The notes: generated from the letters alone by a model not told the origin. A stretch of DNA of 64,000 bases from Octopus bimaculoides (GCF_001194135.2 NC_068987.1:26490445-26554444), one strand, 5' to 3'; counted from the first letter of the stretch, positions 12,481 to 25,847 are shown. Numbers and translations: made by a program.

Positions 12481-13179
12481 GTGTGCGTGTGTATGTGTAT
12501 GCAAGCATGTGTGTATATGCATGGATGTGTGTATGTCTAGGATGATTCAAGAGTTACATTAACATTAATATTTCTTGCATTGAACAATAAGTAAGATAGT
12601 TGGAAATAATAGGAATTGGCTCAACCTCACCAGGTAAACTCAGTGTCATGCAATCAATATGTTAACACCGAATTACGTATGAATCTGTCTTTGTTGCGAC
12701 CGTTAAAAGACTTTGCTCCAGTCTGTGGTTTTTATTGTGTAATACGTTAACAAAGTTACGTCTTTCCAGTATGGTGGTGTGTTAATTTCGTTATTCGCTG
12801 TTTATTCATAATGAAAGCAAGAATCATAGAAACAGAAACAACACTGTGTAGCTTACTTGAAAGTACAATCTAGGTAACGTACCATCATAAAGAATCGTTT
12901 ACTCACTCATTTGGCCAGTGAATGAAATATTATCAAATATTAAGCGCAATAAATTTCCTAATTCGTCTTTATCATTGCTCACTTTGTGAATAATACGATG
13001 CCATGTTATGTTTGATGTTTGTCTATCAATTTAAGAGTGCTTAATTGCAGCTTTGCAGATGAATAGTGAAATTAAAAGAACACTTATACGAAACTTTCAA
13101 GACTATGGAATTATCGAAACAAACACCTAGATCTCGTTAATGTGACAATGATAATAATGATAATAAACAATATTCTTGA

Positions 13180-13320
13180 AGACGGTGACGTGAGTGAAAT
13201 AGGAAATCGGGCCAAATTGAGTTGTCTTACATTATTTAGTATTCGTGACAAAGTTTCAGTTCTCTACCCACTGGGGTTTACCTTGCTTTTAATCCATCTG
13301 TAGACGGTAAAATAAGTACG
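13180..13320 (+). mobile_element. Very degenerate SINE, family B
   Basis: ...GGGGTTTACCTTGCTTTTAATCCATCTGTAGACGGTAAAATAAGTAC resembles the family B core. Confidence 0.45.
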
Positions 13321-13957
13321 AAGAATATATCGAAATAGACTAAATTAGCTTTATCCTTTCATGAGAATTAGTAACCTTGTGCCAGAGACAAAAATCAATA
13401 TTCACTGTTCTACATAACCAAAGTGTTACACTGGCCTAACTCAAACTTCAATTATTTAATATGCAGAATCGAATAGTTATTTTTACTGATTTCAAAAAAT
13501 CTTTGTTAGTTTCCATTATTTTGTATGCAATACTTCATTTCTTATTCAGCTTTACATTCATTATATAAATTAATAGATTTTCATTTCAAACTGCATAACA
13601 AATAAGTTTTTCGTTTTAATTTCAAAAAAATTATGAAACGCAATTGATTACATTGAATATTTATATATGATATTTTATTCACCGCAAATAATAAGATGCA
13701 ATACTTGTATCCGCTATCTTTTTGAGATTCCATTAGTCGTTGCGTGATTTCTTAGCAGCTTATTTTAATTAGCGTTAGTACTTTATTATTAAACAGGTTG
13801 ATGAGTTAGTAGAGACGGTGGGACATTAGATAAATAATATTTTTGCTTCTTCTTGATTAAGTACAAGACAGCAACTTTTTAGTGGATAGAAAATCCCAGT
13901 GTTATGTTATTCACACCATTCTCCTGTGTATTGCATAGAAAGTGATATTAACTCATA

Positions 13958-14335
13958 TTCTTTTATACTTTTATTTATTGCAGTCATTGGACTGCAGCCA
14001 AGCTGGGGCACCATTTAAAAAGATTTTGGCGTTCAAATCGACCCCAGTACTTATTTTAAGGTTTGGTACTGAGTTTTGTATTTGATATAACACAGGTTGT
14101 CAAACGACTGGGCGGGGGGACAAACAAAAACACGGTTACACGCCCACATACATTTACACATACACACATATGTATATATATGCGTATGTGTGCACCTATG
14201 GCGGTCTTCCATACAGTTTCCATTTACCGCTGTGCGGCACCTTAGTGATGCTGCACAAACAAGCTAACCACGAAACCGTCTGGCTGCAAAGCAACCTATT
14301 TCACTACATAACCTGATGTAAAAATGAAACTGAAA
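13958..14335 (-). mobile_element. Degenerate SINE, family A
   Basis: CAGTCATTGGACTGCAGCCAAGCTGGGGCACC...ATCGACCCCAGTACTTATT...GTCAAACGACTGGGCGGGGGACAAAC...CAGTTTCCATTTACC. Confidence 0.75.
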
Positions 14336-14391
14336 TCACTTTTCCGACTTGAATTACTAAATGTTCTGTGTAGTTTTCGCTCAAATACGAA

Positions 14392-14535
14392 AAATAGCAG
14401 TCAAATATCCTTCAATCCACTCCTTAGTGTTTTTCGAAAAGTGTTACGAATGCATTAAGGATGTAAGATCTACATATACAGTGTCTATATAAGAAGGTAT
14501 AGTCACGGCTGGAATGTCTTAATCATAGGTCTTTA
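14392..14535 (+). mobile_element. Short dispersed repeat, family D
   Basis: AAATAGCAGTCAAAT...ATAGTCACGGCTGGAATGTCTTAATCATAGGTCT, shared with four other loci in the window. Confidence 0.65.
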
Positions 14536-16743
14536 AGTCGAAGGCAGACAGAAGGTTAGACAAGTGGTAGTTTACCTTATGCTGTGGTATTCATCATAAT
14601 ATCATTTAATTTCTTTTGATTCTGCGTTGACTTCAAACTACCTGTTTCTTAAAAAAAACAATCTCTTTAATTCAACGAGAAGATGAGGAACTGATACTAC
14701 TGTTAGATCAGTGGTACCCAAGATGATAAACTTCCAGTGGGTGCGTTAAGAATCACGAAAGAGTTGTTTAACATTACAGGATCTCTGGAAGACTACTTGG
14801 TCATGCTATGAATTTATTATTGTCATTTCCGTTTCCAGATGCCTAATAGTTGAAAGTTGACAGTCATGGTAGATAATCAATGCGTTCAGGCGTGAACTTG
14901 TAAACTTGAACACTGAATTTGATGGTCATTCTGAATGGAACAATTTGATTCTTAAAATTGATTTTCTCGCAACGCAAAACTCATTATCGTCACAAATACC
15001 AGAAAGTTTTGTTGGGCATATCTTTTCGAAGTGAAATACAATAGCAGCCTGAACATCAACAGAGAAATTGCAATTAATAAAACATGTATCATATTTTAAG
15101 GACATGTACTTTTACATAGCATCTTAATGTATTCAAACCAATTTATGCCTCGCAAAACCACAAATATAAATTAATTATTCTTTCAGATAATTTTCATTAA
15201 TTTTCTTTACATTTATTGTAATTTCAAGTGGATTATTTATATGTCAAACTTACCGGACATTTTCTGTAATTTATATGGAAAGTTTTATGCATGATAATAT
15301 TTTGATTTAATGTCCTTTTTATTCTCTTTTGTTTTTTTTTAATTTTCGATGTTTCCTATGTACCAACGAGTAAAAAATGTGAAAACGATTCTAATAGCGC
15401 AACAGATCTAGCAGTTTTACATTCACCCTTGTTCTAATTTGCTTGTTATTTCATTGCAGTAGATAATGAAGCAAAGTTAATATTCTGTTTTCTACATGAC
15501 ATTCAGCCACATACATAGGGAAAATATACAGAAGTATTGAGTATCTCCTTAACAATGGATAAATACCTTTTCCTGATGCGAGATAAAACGTTAAATAGTG
15601 AAGAAGAGTGATTTTAAATATGAGGCCATTCGTTTATCAATTTCGCATGTACTGTTGGTAAAACAGATCTATTAAGAACAGGCGTCCGTGTATAATTTTA
15701 AACGTTAAATTGGACCCATGTACTTGCATGGCACACTTTTCAATCATAATCTCAGATTGAATAAAGATTTGTAAATGAAATTTGGTAGAGAAACTCTGTG
15801 GAAGTTCATCAAAATAACCGCTACTCTCTTCGTGTGGATGGATAAATTCCAGTCCGATTTAATAACGCTACCTAGCCTTCGGAAGCTTTTAGCATAGATT
15901 ACTCTATTAGTAGTAACCCCACCATCCAGAAGATAACTTTATTTATCCCTTTACAATTCTCGAGGTCTCTCATGTATGCTGTATTCCTTCGTCTGAGATA
16001 ATTAACCTAGAGTACGTGCGTATCTTATTAGATTCAAGTCAATCACTCTCGAGAAAGCCGATGGCAGTGAATAGCTTTAAGTATGTAATGATTAAAGAAT
16101 GCTATAAAGCAAATACTATAATACTATGATATTAGAGTGTAGTTTGGGCTTGAAGTTGCGAAAAATGTCTAATGTGTAAGGGGAGTCCGTTGTTCAAAAT
16201 GATACCTTAGTGAACACTCAGATCTATAATTCTGCTTTGCAGACCACGGTACAGAAATTAAAACTCAGGTGTTACTAATGTCAAATACATCAGTCTTCTT
16301 CTGTGTCCTAGCGAAAGAAATCAGTGATATTGAAACTGTAAAAGGAAAGTATTAGTATTATTGGAACAATATTGAGAATTTCCAGAGGATTTCAGCCTGT
16401 AGAAGACTAACTAGGACATACTTACAAGTTACTCAGTGTAATATCAAGACGGATGAATTGAGATACAATAAGAATAGTAAGAAATGAAGAGCGAAGTGCA
16501 TCTTGTTACGGTTGAAGAATCAGACAGAAAAAAACTAGTATGTCCTTGTGTTAAACATCGTAGTTTGACGGTAAGTTAGGTCTATATCATTGAGCAAAAT
16601 GACTATCAGTGGTATTCAATGTAAGATACTAGTGGGTGTTGCAGCTGTACTGAGCTAAATATATATATATATATATATACAAATATTATTTTAATGCTTG
16701 AGAATTGTAACTCTTTGTGTATCACATGTGATATGTATATATA

Positions 16744-17526
16744 NNNNNNNNNNNNNNNNNNNNNNNNNNNNNNNNNNNNNNNNNNNNNNNNNNNNNNNNN
16801 NNNNNNNNNNNNNNNNNNNNNNNNNNNNNNNNNNNNNNNNNNNNNNNNNNNNNNNNNNNNNNNNNNNNNNNNNNNNNNNNNNNNNNNNNNNNNNNNNNNN
16901 NNNNNNNNNNNNNNNNNNNNNNNNNNNNNNNNNNNNNNNNNNNNNNNNNNNNNNNNNNNNNNNNNNNNNNNNNNNNNNNNNNNNNNNNNNNNNNNNNNNN
17001 NNNNNNNNNNNNNNNNNNNNNNNNNNNNNNNNNNNNNNNNNNNNNNNNNNNNNNNNNNNNNNNNNNNNNNNNNNNNNNNNNNNNNNNNNNNNNNNNNNNN
17101 NNNNNNNNNNNNNNNNNNNNNNNNNNNNNNNNNNNNNNNNNNNNNNNNNNNNNNNNNNNNNNNNNNNNNNNNNNNNNNNNNNNNNNNNNNNNNNNNNNNN
17201 NNNNNNNNNNNNNNNNNNNNNNNNNNNNNNNNNNNNNNNNNNNNNNNNNNNNNNNNNNNNNNNNNNNNNNNNNNNNNNNNNNNNNNNNNNNNNNNNNNNN
17301 NNNNNNNNNNNNNNNNNNNNNNNNNNNNNNNNNNNNNNNNNNNNNNNNNNNNNNNNNNNNNNNNNNNNNNNNNNNNNNNNNNNNNNNNNNNNNNNNNNNN
17401 NNNNNNNNNNNNNNNNNNNNNNNNNNNNNNNNNNNNNNNNNNNNNNNNNNNNNNNNNNNNNNNNNNNNNNNNNNNNNNNNNNNNNNNNNNNNNNNNNNNN
17501 NNNNNNNNNNNNNNNNNNNNNNNNNN
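16744..17526. other. Assembly gap (783 N)
   Basis: N run. Other large gaps: 22367-23346, 23642-24211, 32871-33793, 45039-45777. Confidence 1.
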
Positions 17527-17595
17527 TAAACAAAATAATATATTCCTCTATACACAGTCATACAAAAAAACATCTTTTTTGTATTTATTTTTACT

Positions 17596-17674
<79 letters not shown>

Positions 17675-18174
17675 TTCCCTGGCACTTATACGTCATTTAT
17701 TTTACACATACCCAATTTTTAACCACAGTAACTTTAGACTTTTGAGAGGAAAGCTTCATATTATTCAGACCATATCGAACAAGGACTTGATAAAATTCTA
17801 AGAATAAGTATGGGGGTTTACGACGAACCCTTGTAAATGCTTTGGTCAAGCAAATGGTTGAACAGTAACCAGCAACACAAGTTGCTGACACTGACATTTC
17901 ATCAGTTCTTCTAAAGATTTAATCTTCTAACGATTATTCATCAACGTCATTAACGATGACGAATATGGTATAAAGGACAAAATAAGATAGATTCTACGCG
18001 GTTGCTTGACTTGTTAGAGATAGCAACAAATATCTGCCGAACTGCTTATTAAAAGGAAACATTAGAATGTAATGTAATTCGTGGTACACTAATACTAAAA
18101 AGAGGAAAAATAAAATGAGTTAGTTTAATGACCTTGGTTATTGGTTTGATCAATTAGGTCCGGTCGAAGATCAA

Positions 18175-18325
18175 ATAACAGCAAAAAGAGCAGGAAGAAC
18201 AGAAGGAGGAAGAAGGGGAGAAGAAGGATAAAAGAAGAGGAAGGGGAGAAAAGGAAACGAGAAGAAAAATGAGGAAAGAAGAGAAAGAAGAAAAGCTAGA
18301 AGATACAGAAGAGGAGAAGGAATAA

Positions 18326-18391
<66 letters not shown>
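18175..18391. repeat. Purine-rich low complexity followed by (TAA)n
   Basis: GA-rich tract 18175-18325, then TAA run to 18391. Confidence 0.9.
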
Positions 18392-18392
<1 letters not shown>

Positions 18393-18604
18393 GTTTCAAA
18401 CTTTTCCACAAGGACCGCAATTTTGGGGGAGGGTATGATTCGATTCCATCGACCCCAGTGTTCAACTGATACTCATTTTATCGACCCCGAAATGATGAAA
18501 GGTAAAGTTGACCTTGGCGGAATTGGAACTCAGAACGTAGCGACCGGCGAAATACCGACTAAGCATTTCGTTCAGCTCGCTAACGATTCTGTCAGCTCGC
18601 TGCC
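18391..18604 (-). mobile_element. tRNA-derived SINE, family B (full length)
   Basis: Minus strand GGCAGCGAGCTGACAGAATCGTTAG head, GTTCTGAGTTCCAATTCCGCC B-box-like, core TTTCATCATTTCGGGGTCGATAAAATGAGTATCAGTTGAACACTGGGGTCGAT, ending TTTGAAACCA-(TTA)n. Confidence 0.88.
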
Positions 18605-18611
18605 TTTATAT

Positions 18612-18628
18612 TAATAATAATAATGATC

Positions 18629-18720
<92 letters not shown>
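18612..18720. repeat. (TAA)n microsatellite
   Basis: Directly visible; left flank of the Dong-like element. Confidence 0.95.
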
Positions 18721-18721
<1 letters not shown>

Positions 18722-18722
<1 letters not shown>

Positions 18723-19756
18723 TACCAAAAAGTGACACAGACAGACTGTATGTACCAAGAAAAAGAGGGTGAGGAAGACTGATTGGAGGCAAACACAGCA
18801 TTACGGCAGAAGAAAACAACATAGCATGGTATGTAAAAAATGCCACAGAACCGCCGCTATAATTATAGGTAAGAAGGTCAGGCTTGTGTAGGATGGAAGA
18901 TTGCAAAGATAAAGCACTGTGCAAGAAATTGAAAACGAATTAAACTGAAAATAGGTGGTTAAAGAAAAGAATTCATGGTCAATTTCATAGGGATGTTGAA
19001 GATAAGACAGGCAGAGAAAAAAGATAGCTGTGGATGACTAAAAGTGATTTAAAACTGGAAACGGAGGCTTTAATCTGAGCTGCCCAAGAGCGAGCACTAA
19101 GAACAGACTACATAAAATACAGAATAGATAACACATCAGAAAGTGATAAGTGCAGAATCTGTGGACAAAATGGTGAAACCATGTGGCATATTACCAGCCA
19201 ATGTACACCACTAGCCCAGAATGAATATAAGAGACGCCACGACAATACAGCCAGGCTAGTCCATTTACAACAAGTATGCACTGAACAGAGAAAAAATTGG
19301 TACGACTACAAACCTGAAGGCATCGTCGAAAATAGAAATGCAAAGATCCTTTGGGATTTTATGATTCAGTGCGAACGTGAGATAGAAGCCAGACATTATC
19401 TTAATTGAGAAAGAAAACAAACTATGCTGGACCATAGATATAACATGCCCAGCTGACAACAAGATATGTGATAAGGAAGAAAGAAAAGTCGAGTGATATG
19501 ACAGGTTAGCTTGGGAAGTTAAGGAGTTGTGGTCGATGAAAAAGGTAACACTGGGAACAATGAGCAAAAATCTCAAGAAGTACGTGGAACAAATAGGGGC
19601 TGCAATAAGGGAGGAGCACTTGCAGTAAACAACACTGCTTGGAACCGCTCGAATACTCCGGAAGGTGCTCGAAAAAGAAGAGGTGTTACCTTAGTTCACT
19701 GGTAGTGAACAGCTGACACTGTAATACATCTCCAGCGTTAGGAGCTGTGCAAAGGC
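18722..19756 (+). mobile_element. 5'-truncated R4/Dong-like non-LTR retrotransposon (thumb, CCHC knuckle, restriction-like endonuclease)
   Basis: Translation PKSDTDRLYVPRKRG*GRL; LKLETEALI*AAQERALRT; CRICGQNGETMWHITSQCTPLAQNEYKRRHDNTA (CCHC + RHD); ILWDFMIQC...; IDITCP; LLGTARILRKVL. Short 3'UTR ends directly on (AAT)n. Several stops and frameshifts. Confidence 0.9.
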
Positions 19757-19855
<99 letters not shown>

Positions 19856-19889
19856 AAGAAGAAGAAGAAGAAGAAGAAGAAGAAGAAGA
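19757..19889. repeat. Compound (AAT)n-(AAG)n microsatellite
   Basis: Directly visible. Confidence 0.95.
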
Positions 19890-20085
19890 CATATAGAATA
19901 ATAATCGTAAACATGTTGAGACATTTAAGAGCTACTCAATATATTTCTTGATGAAATTATCTCATACTTAAAACATTTGAAAGTCACTTTGTAGTTTTTT
20001 CCCCGGTGGAAAGATTTATCTCCCTTGAATTATTATCACGTAACTATGGCTTACCATATCAGAAAAATGCTGATTGAAATATATA

Positions 20086-20268
20086 GGCACAGGCGTGGTT
20101 GTGTGACAAGAAGTTTGCTTCCCATTCACATAGTTCCGGGCCTCATCTGACTGTGTATCACTTCGGTCAAGTGTATTCTGCTATAGCTCCTGGCAGACCA
20201 TTGAGTACTGAATCGATTTGGTTGACAGAAACTGAAAGAAGCCGTCGTTTATCTATCTATCTATCTAC

Positions 20269-20356
<88 letters not shown>

Positions 20357-20395
20357 GTGTGTCTGTGTGTGTGTGTGTGTGTGTGTGTTCACCCC
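20086..20395 (+). mobile_element. 3'-truncated SINE, family A, with expanded internal (TATC)n(TGTC)n(TG)n
   Basis: GGCACAGGCGTGGTTGTGTGACAAG head ... GAAACTGAAAGAAGCCGTCG, then microsatellite. Confidence 0.8.
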
Positions 20396-20451
20396 TGTGT
20401 GTGCGTGTATACTTGTGCTTGTTGCTGTTGGTTTGTCTGTATATATATTTA

Positions 20452-20690
20452 CGAAATGGAGTAGATAAGATCCGGGCTACTACATTTGATAGCGTGTGGG
20501 ACCCCAGAAGTGGTAAATATCCTAGCGAGGCGTATAACGCACGCTACACTTCAGACCGAAGATATCTTGATTAAATGAAAATTTACATTGCTGCAAGGAA
20601 GTACATGTTAACGCATGGAAGATTCAATGAGTATGTGTAGAAAGCATGCTATGAAGCATATGTAGCCCGGATTTTATCTACCCCATTCTG
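20452..20690. mobile_element. 239-bp MITE with ~29-bp TIRs and TA flanks (Tc1/mariner type)
   Basis: TA-CGAAATGGAGTAGATAAGATCCGGGCTAC ... GTAGCCCGGATTTTATCTACCCCATTCTG-TA; 27/31 match including the TA. Confidence 0.8.
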
Positions 20691-21464
20691 TAACTCTTGT
20701 ATTCTTATTCACACACTCGGTAAGCCTGGCCGCCTACTGCGAAATATAAAACGAACTTTCTTCAATTTATCGTACTTCGATACGAAAAAAATCGACAACA
20801 TTCCGTCCAAGTAAACCACTATTGTTGTCCCTGAAAGTTGTTTAATATTTACTACGGATTGCTTCAAGCAAACTTTATTCCTACATCTCGATCTCTAGAT
20901 CCTACACTTGTCTATATATATATGTATACAAGGAGTAAATAATTTACGAGAAAATAATTCATGAGAAAAATATTTCACGAGAAAAATAATTTGCGAAGAT
21001 ATCATTGACTCAATTATTATCTAGGTGTAAAAATTTAAAAATGATAATAACAGAATGAATAATATCGGCGATTGCAGGCCCCCAAAAAAGCATTAAATAA
21101 CAGAAGGATTAAAATGAATCAAAGGACATACTAAGTATGTCTACCTGCTGGAAATAGCAGTCAAAACTCTTATTTAAATCGTGCCATTATTTTCAGCTGT
21201 CGTATCTCCAAATTTGAGCAAATGTGTTTTTTTCAATATTTATTTTTGCTTGCAATAGCCGGTTCTTTTGTTCAATCTGTCGTATCTCCAGCTGCTTCAG
21301 ATGCCAAGATATCAAAAATTGTCAAAGTGTAGTGCAACGGTTTTACTATGGAATGGTGGTACTATTTTTTCGCTTTCTGAAGCAGCAACGTTTTGGACTT
21401 AAGGCACTTTAGCATAATAGCAACATATACATGTGTCTATGTGTATGTGCGACAAAAAAACAGA

Positions 21465-21524
21465 GAGCGAGAGAGAAGGATAGAGAGAGGGAGAGAGAGG
21501 AAGAAAGAGAGGGAGAGTGACAAT

Positions 21525-21560
<36 letters not shown>
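21465..21560. repeat. Imperfect (GA)n microsatellite
   Basis: Directly visible. Confidence 0.9.
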
Positions 21561-21563
<3 letters not shown>

Positions 21564-21812
21564 ATATTTCTTTTATAGGCAACATATAACTCTTAGATAA
21601 ATAACAAAATGTTTTATGTGACATTGTTTTGTAATTTCAAGCTATTAATATTTACTTTTAGTCAGAACACACATTTTCGAATAATCCTCTGGAAATTATA
21701 TTTTCCAAGACGTTATGATATACGCATATGTTATGCGCACGTTTGCATTCATGCAGGCACATTCACATCCATAACTCTCTCACACACACACATCCCCCTA
21801 TAAACATACATA

Positions 21813-22042
21813 CAGTGTTGGCCAAAAGTCACCTGACAGTAAATCAAAACCATCTAATTCCAAGATTTATTTATGTTTAACTGAATGAATTTGAGAAAAG
21901 CATCTAAATATGAAACATGATGAAAAATTTTCAAACTGAAGTCCTTATTGAGCGTTACATTTTTCCATTCGAGTCAATACAGAATTACAGATAGTATTTA
22001 TGGAATTTTGATTTACTGTTGGCTGACTTTTGGCCAACCCTT
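21813..22042. mobile_element. 230-bp Tc1-type MITE with ~37-40-bp TIRs and TA flanks
   Basis: TA-CAGTGTTGGCCAAAAGTCACCTGACAGTAAATCAAAA ... TTTTGATTTACTGTTGGCTGACTTTTGGCCAACCCTT-TA. Confidence 0.85.
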
Positions 22043-22159
22043 TATATGATGCATTTTTCTATCACGTTTTCTGGCTTCCGTTTTACTACCAAGATTTCAC
22101 ACAAACATACATAGATTCATATAAGCACACACAAAACACAGACATAGCCTCACATATAT

Positions 22160-22160
22160 T

Positions 22161-22215
<55 letters not shown>

Positions 22216-22264
22216 ATATATATGTATGTGTGTGTGTATGTATGTATGTATGTATGTACATGCA

Positions 22265-22296
<32 letters not shown>

Positions 22297-22297
22297 C

Positions 22298-22349
<52 letters not shown>

Positions 22350-22366
22350 CTCTATCTATCTATCTA
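22160..22366. repeat. Compound (TTTC)n-(TATG)n-(TATC)n
   Basis: Directly visible; runs into an N gap. Confidence 0.95.
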
Positions 22367-23346
22367 NNNNNNNNNNNNNNNNNNNNNNNNNNNNNNNNNN
22401 NNNNNNNNNNNNNNNNNNNNNNNNNNNNNNNNNNNNNNNNNNNNNNNNNNNNNNNNNNNNNNNNNNNNNNNNNNNNNNNNNNNNNNNNNNNNNNNNNNNN
22501 NNNNNNNNNNNNNNNNNNNNNNNNNNNNNNNNNNNNNNNNNNNNNNNNNNNNNNNNNNNNNNNNNNNNNNNNNNNNNNNNNNNNNNNNNNNNNNNNNNNN
22601 NNNNNNNNNNNNNNNNNNNNNNNNNNNNNNNNNNNNNNNNNNNNNNNNNNNNNNNNNNNNNNNNNNNNNNNNNNNNNNNNNNNNNNNNNNNNNNNNNNNN
22701 NNNNNNNNNNNNNNNNNNNNNNNNNNNNNNNNNNNNNNNNNNNNNNNNNNNNNNNNNNNNNNNNNNNNNNNNNNNNNNNNNNNNNNNNNNNNNNNNNNNN
22801 NNNNNNNNNNNNNNNNNNNNNNNNNNNNNNNNNNNNNNNNNNNNNNNNNNNNNNNNNNNNNNNNNNNNNNNNNNNNNNNNNNNNNNNNNNNNNNNNNNNN
22901 NNNNNNNNNNNNNNNNNNNNNNNNNNNNNNNNNNNNNNNNNNNNNNNNNNNNNNNNNNNNNNNNNNNNNNNNNNNNNNNNNNNNNNNNNNNNNNNNNNNN
23001 NNNNNNNNNNNNNNNNNNNNNNNNNNNNNNNNNNNNNNNNNNNNNNNNNNNNNNNNNNNNNNNNNNNNNNNNNNNNNNNNNNNNNNNNNNNNNNNNNNNN
23101 NNNNNNNNNNNNNNNNNNNNNNNNNNNNNNNNNNNNNNNNNNNNNNNNNNNNNNNNNNNNNNNNNNNNNNNNNNNNNNNNNNNNNNNNNNNNNNNNNNNN
23201 NNNNNNNNNNNNNNNNNNNNNNNNNNNNNNNNNNNNNNNNNNNNNNNNNNNNNNNNNNNNNNNNNNNNNNNNNNNNNNNNNNNNNNNNNNNNNNNNNNNN
23301 NNNNNNNNNNNNNNNNNNNNNNNNNNNNNNNNNNNNNNNNNNNNNN

Positions 23347-23387
<41 letters not shown>

Positions 23388-23554
23388 CGTGCTTATGTGT
23401 GCGTATGCATACTTAACAATACACATGCTTATTCACAATCATGTGCACATGTGTGCGTGGGTGTGTGGAAAGAGAAAGAGAGAAACATGCATGCATATAA
23501 CATTTGGTGGCGGCGTATCCTGTGCTTTATAATTCACAATGTGTGTGTCTACAT

Positions 23555-23641
23555 TCTTCTTCTTCTTCTTCTTCTTCTTCTTCTTCTTCTTCTTCTTCTT
23601 CTTCTTCTTCTTCTTCTTCTTCTTCTTCTTCTTCTTCTTCT
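23555..23641. repeat. (TTC)n microsatellite
   Basis: Directly visible; runs into an N gap. Confidence 0.95.
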
Positions 23642-24894
23642 NNNNNNNNNNNNNNNNNNNNNNNNNNNNNNNNNNNNNNNNNNNNNNNNNNNNNNNNNNN
23701 NNNNNNNNNNNNNNNNNNNNNNNNNNNNNNNNNNNNNNNNNNNNNNNNNNNNNNNNNNNNNNNNNNNNNNNNNNNNNNNNNNNNNNNNNNNNNNNNNNNN
23801 NNNNNNNNNNNNNNNNNNNNNNNNNNNNNNNNNNNNNNNNNNNNNNNNNNNNNNNNNNNNNNNNNNNNNNNNNNNNNNNNNNNNNNNNNNNNNNNNNNNN
23901 NNNNNNNNNNNNNNNNNNNNNNNNNNNNNNNNNNNNNNNNNNNNNNNNNNNNNNNNNNNNNNNNNNNNNNNNNNNNNNNNNNNNNNNNNNNNNNNNNNNN
24001 NNNNNNNNNNNNNNNNNNNNNNNNNNNNNNNNNNNNNNNNNNNNNNNNNNNNNNNNNNNNNNNNNNNNNNNNNNNNNNNNNNNNNNNNNNNNNNNNNNNN
24101 NNNNNNNNNNNNNNNNNNNNNNNNNNNNNNNNNNNNNNNNNNNNNNNNNNNNNNNNNNNNNNNNNNNNNNNNNNNNNNNNNNNNNNNNNNNNNNNNNNNN
24201 NNNNNNNNNNNTATATATATATATATATATATATATGTACAAAGAGAGTGGGAGAGAGAGAAAAAGAGTGAGTTAGAGAGAGCGAGAGAGGGCGTGAGAA
24301 AGAGAAAGTCGAAGGGAGAGGGAAATACAGTGTTAAATAATCGGCAGGAGTAGAGGAAGTATGTAGAGTCGATGGCTATGAATGAGACCTGATGAGTTAC
24401 TCTCTATTCATTTTGAATCTAGACTGTTCATTTCTATGATGGAAATAGAATGAACTAAAAGAAATGATTCTGCATAATGCCCAACTCATGTGATTATTAC
24501 CTTCCTTTTCTGTGTCTCTGAGTCATTTTCTTTTCTCCTCTATTTATCCACACCATCTCTTTCTTTTCTCTTCGTATCTCTCCACCACCTTTATATATTT
24601 CCTGTTCCGGATTATTACCCTTTCGAATAAAAATCAACATTGCCGACTTTACGGCACAAACTTTGAAATAGCGGATAATGATATTTTAGTTTGTGATATT
24701 ATTTTTTTATTTATTCTGTCTTTTAATTTGTTTGTCAGTTTGTTTGTCAGCTGCGTTGTTTGTTTGTTTGTTTGTTTGTCTCACCGCTTACACGATTTGA
24801 AATAACCTCGTTATCACAGAGGGACAGTATTTGTTAGTGTTTTTATAGGAACGTAAAGCTATATTAAAATGAGACACATTCCCTCAGCTAATAA

Positions 24895-24899
<5 letters not shown>

Positions 24900-24932
<33 letters not shown>

Positions 24933-24998
24933 CATATATATATACATATATATGCATACATATATATACATATATGTATCTATATATATTTGTATCTG

Positions 24999-25032
<34 letters not shown>

Positions 25033-25033
25033 A

Positions 25034-25065
<32 letters not shown>

Positions 25066-25425
25066 CAGTACATACTTAGATATACATGTCTGTACATGTA
25101 TATATGTATATATATATATATATATATATAAGTTCAAAAAAAGACAAAAAACAATAACAAAAAACAACAAAGTGAGGACGTGATACGGATAGTGTTATTA
25201 GACGTTCGGGAAAGGAAAGAGAGAGAATATATATATATATATATATACACATACATATATATATGTATGTGTGTGTTTATATATATATATATATATATAT
25301 GTACAATTTATATACGTGTATATATACATATATATAAATGTTTGAGTGTGCATGTATATATATATATATGTACAATATATATACATATATAGATATAGAT
25401 ATACATATGCATATATATGTATGTG

Positions 25426-25456
<31 letters not shown>

Positions 25457-25794
25457 GCATATATATATATGTATTATGTGTGTGTGTGTGTGTCTTTGTG
25501 CGTGTGTCTGTTTGTATAGATAAATATTCATACTTATATATGCGTGATTGTATGTATTTTTATATTTGCTTTCCGAATATTTCTTTCGTTACATTCTCAT
25601 CTCACACGAAAATATATACTGTTTGCATTTTCTGTAGGCTTCTGAATAAATATTATGACTTTCATGCCGAATTATTTTTGTACGTTACCGAAACAAACAA
25701 ACCGAGAATTGATTATTTTTTCTTACAGAACAGTCCCTTAGCTTATTCGACTTTTTCCTCTCTGAGACATATAGAGATCAACGTGTACTCCAAC

Positions 25795-25847
<53 letters not shown>

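Noticed and set aside
14708-14780. CAGTGGTACCCAA resembling a hAT MITE terminus
   Set aside because: No matching opposite TIR or 8-bp TSD found.
16691-24353. Long ORFs (280-707 aa) in the ORF track, also at 32718-33898, 36801-37871 and 44849-46124
   Set aside because: Composed of N-gap X residues and microsatellite translations; not coding evidence.
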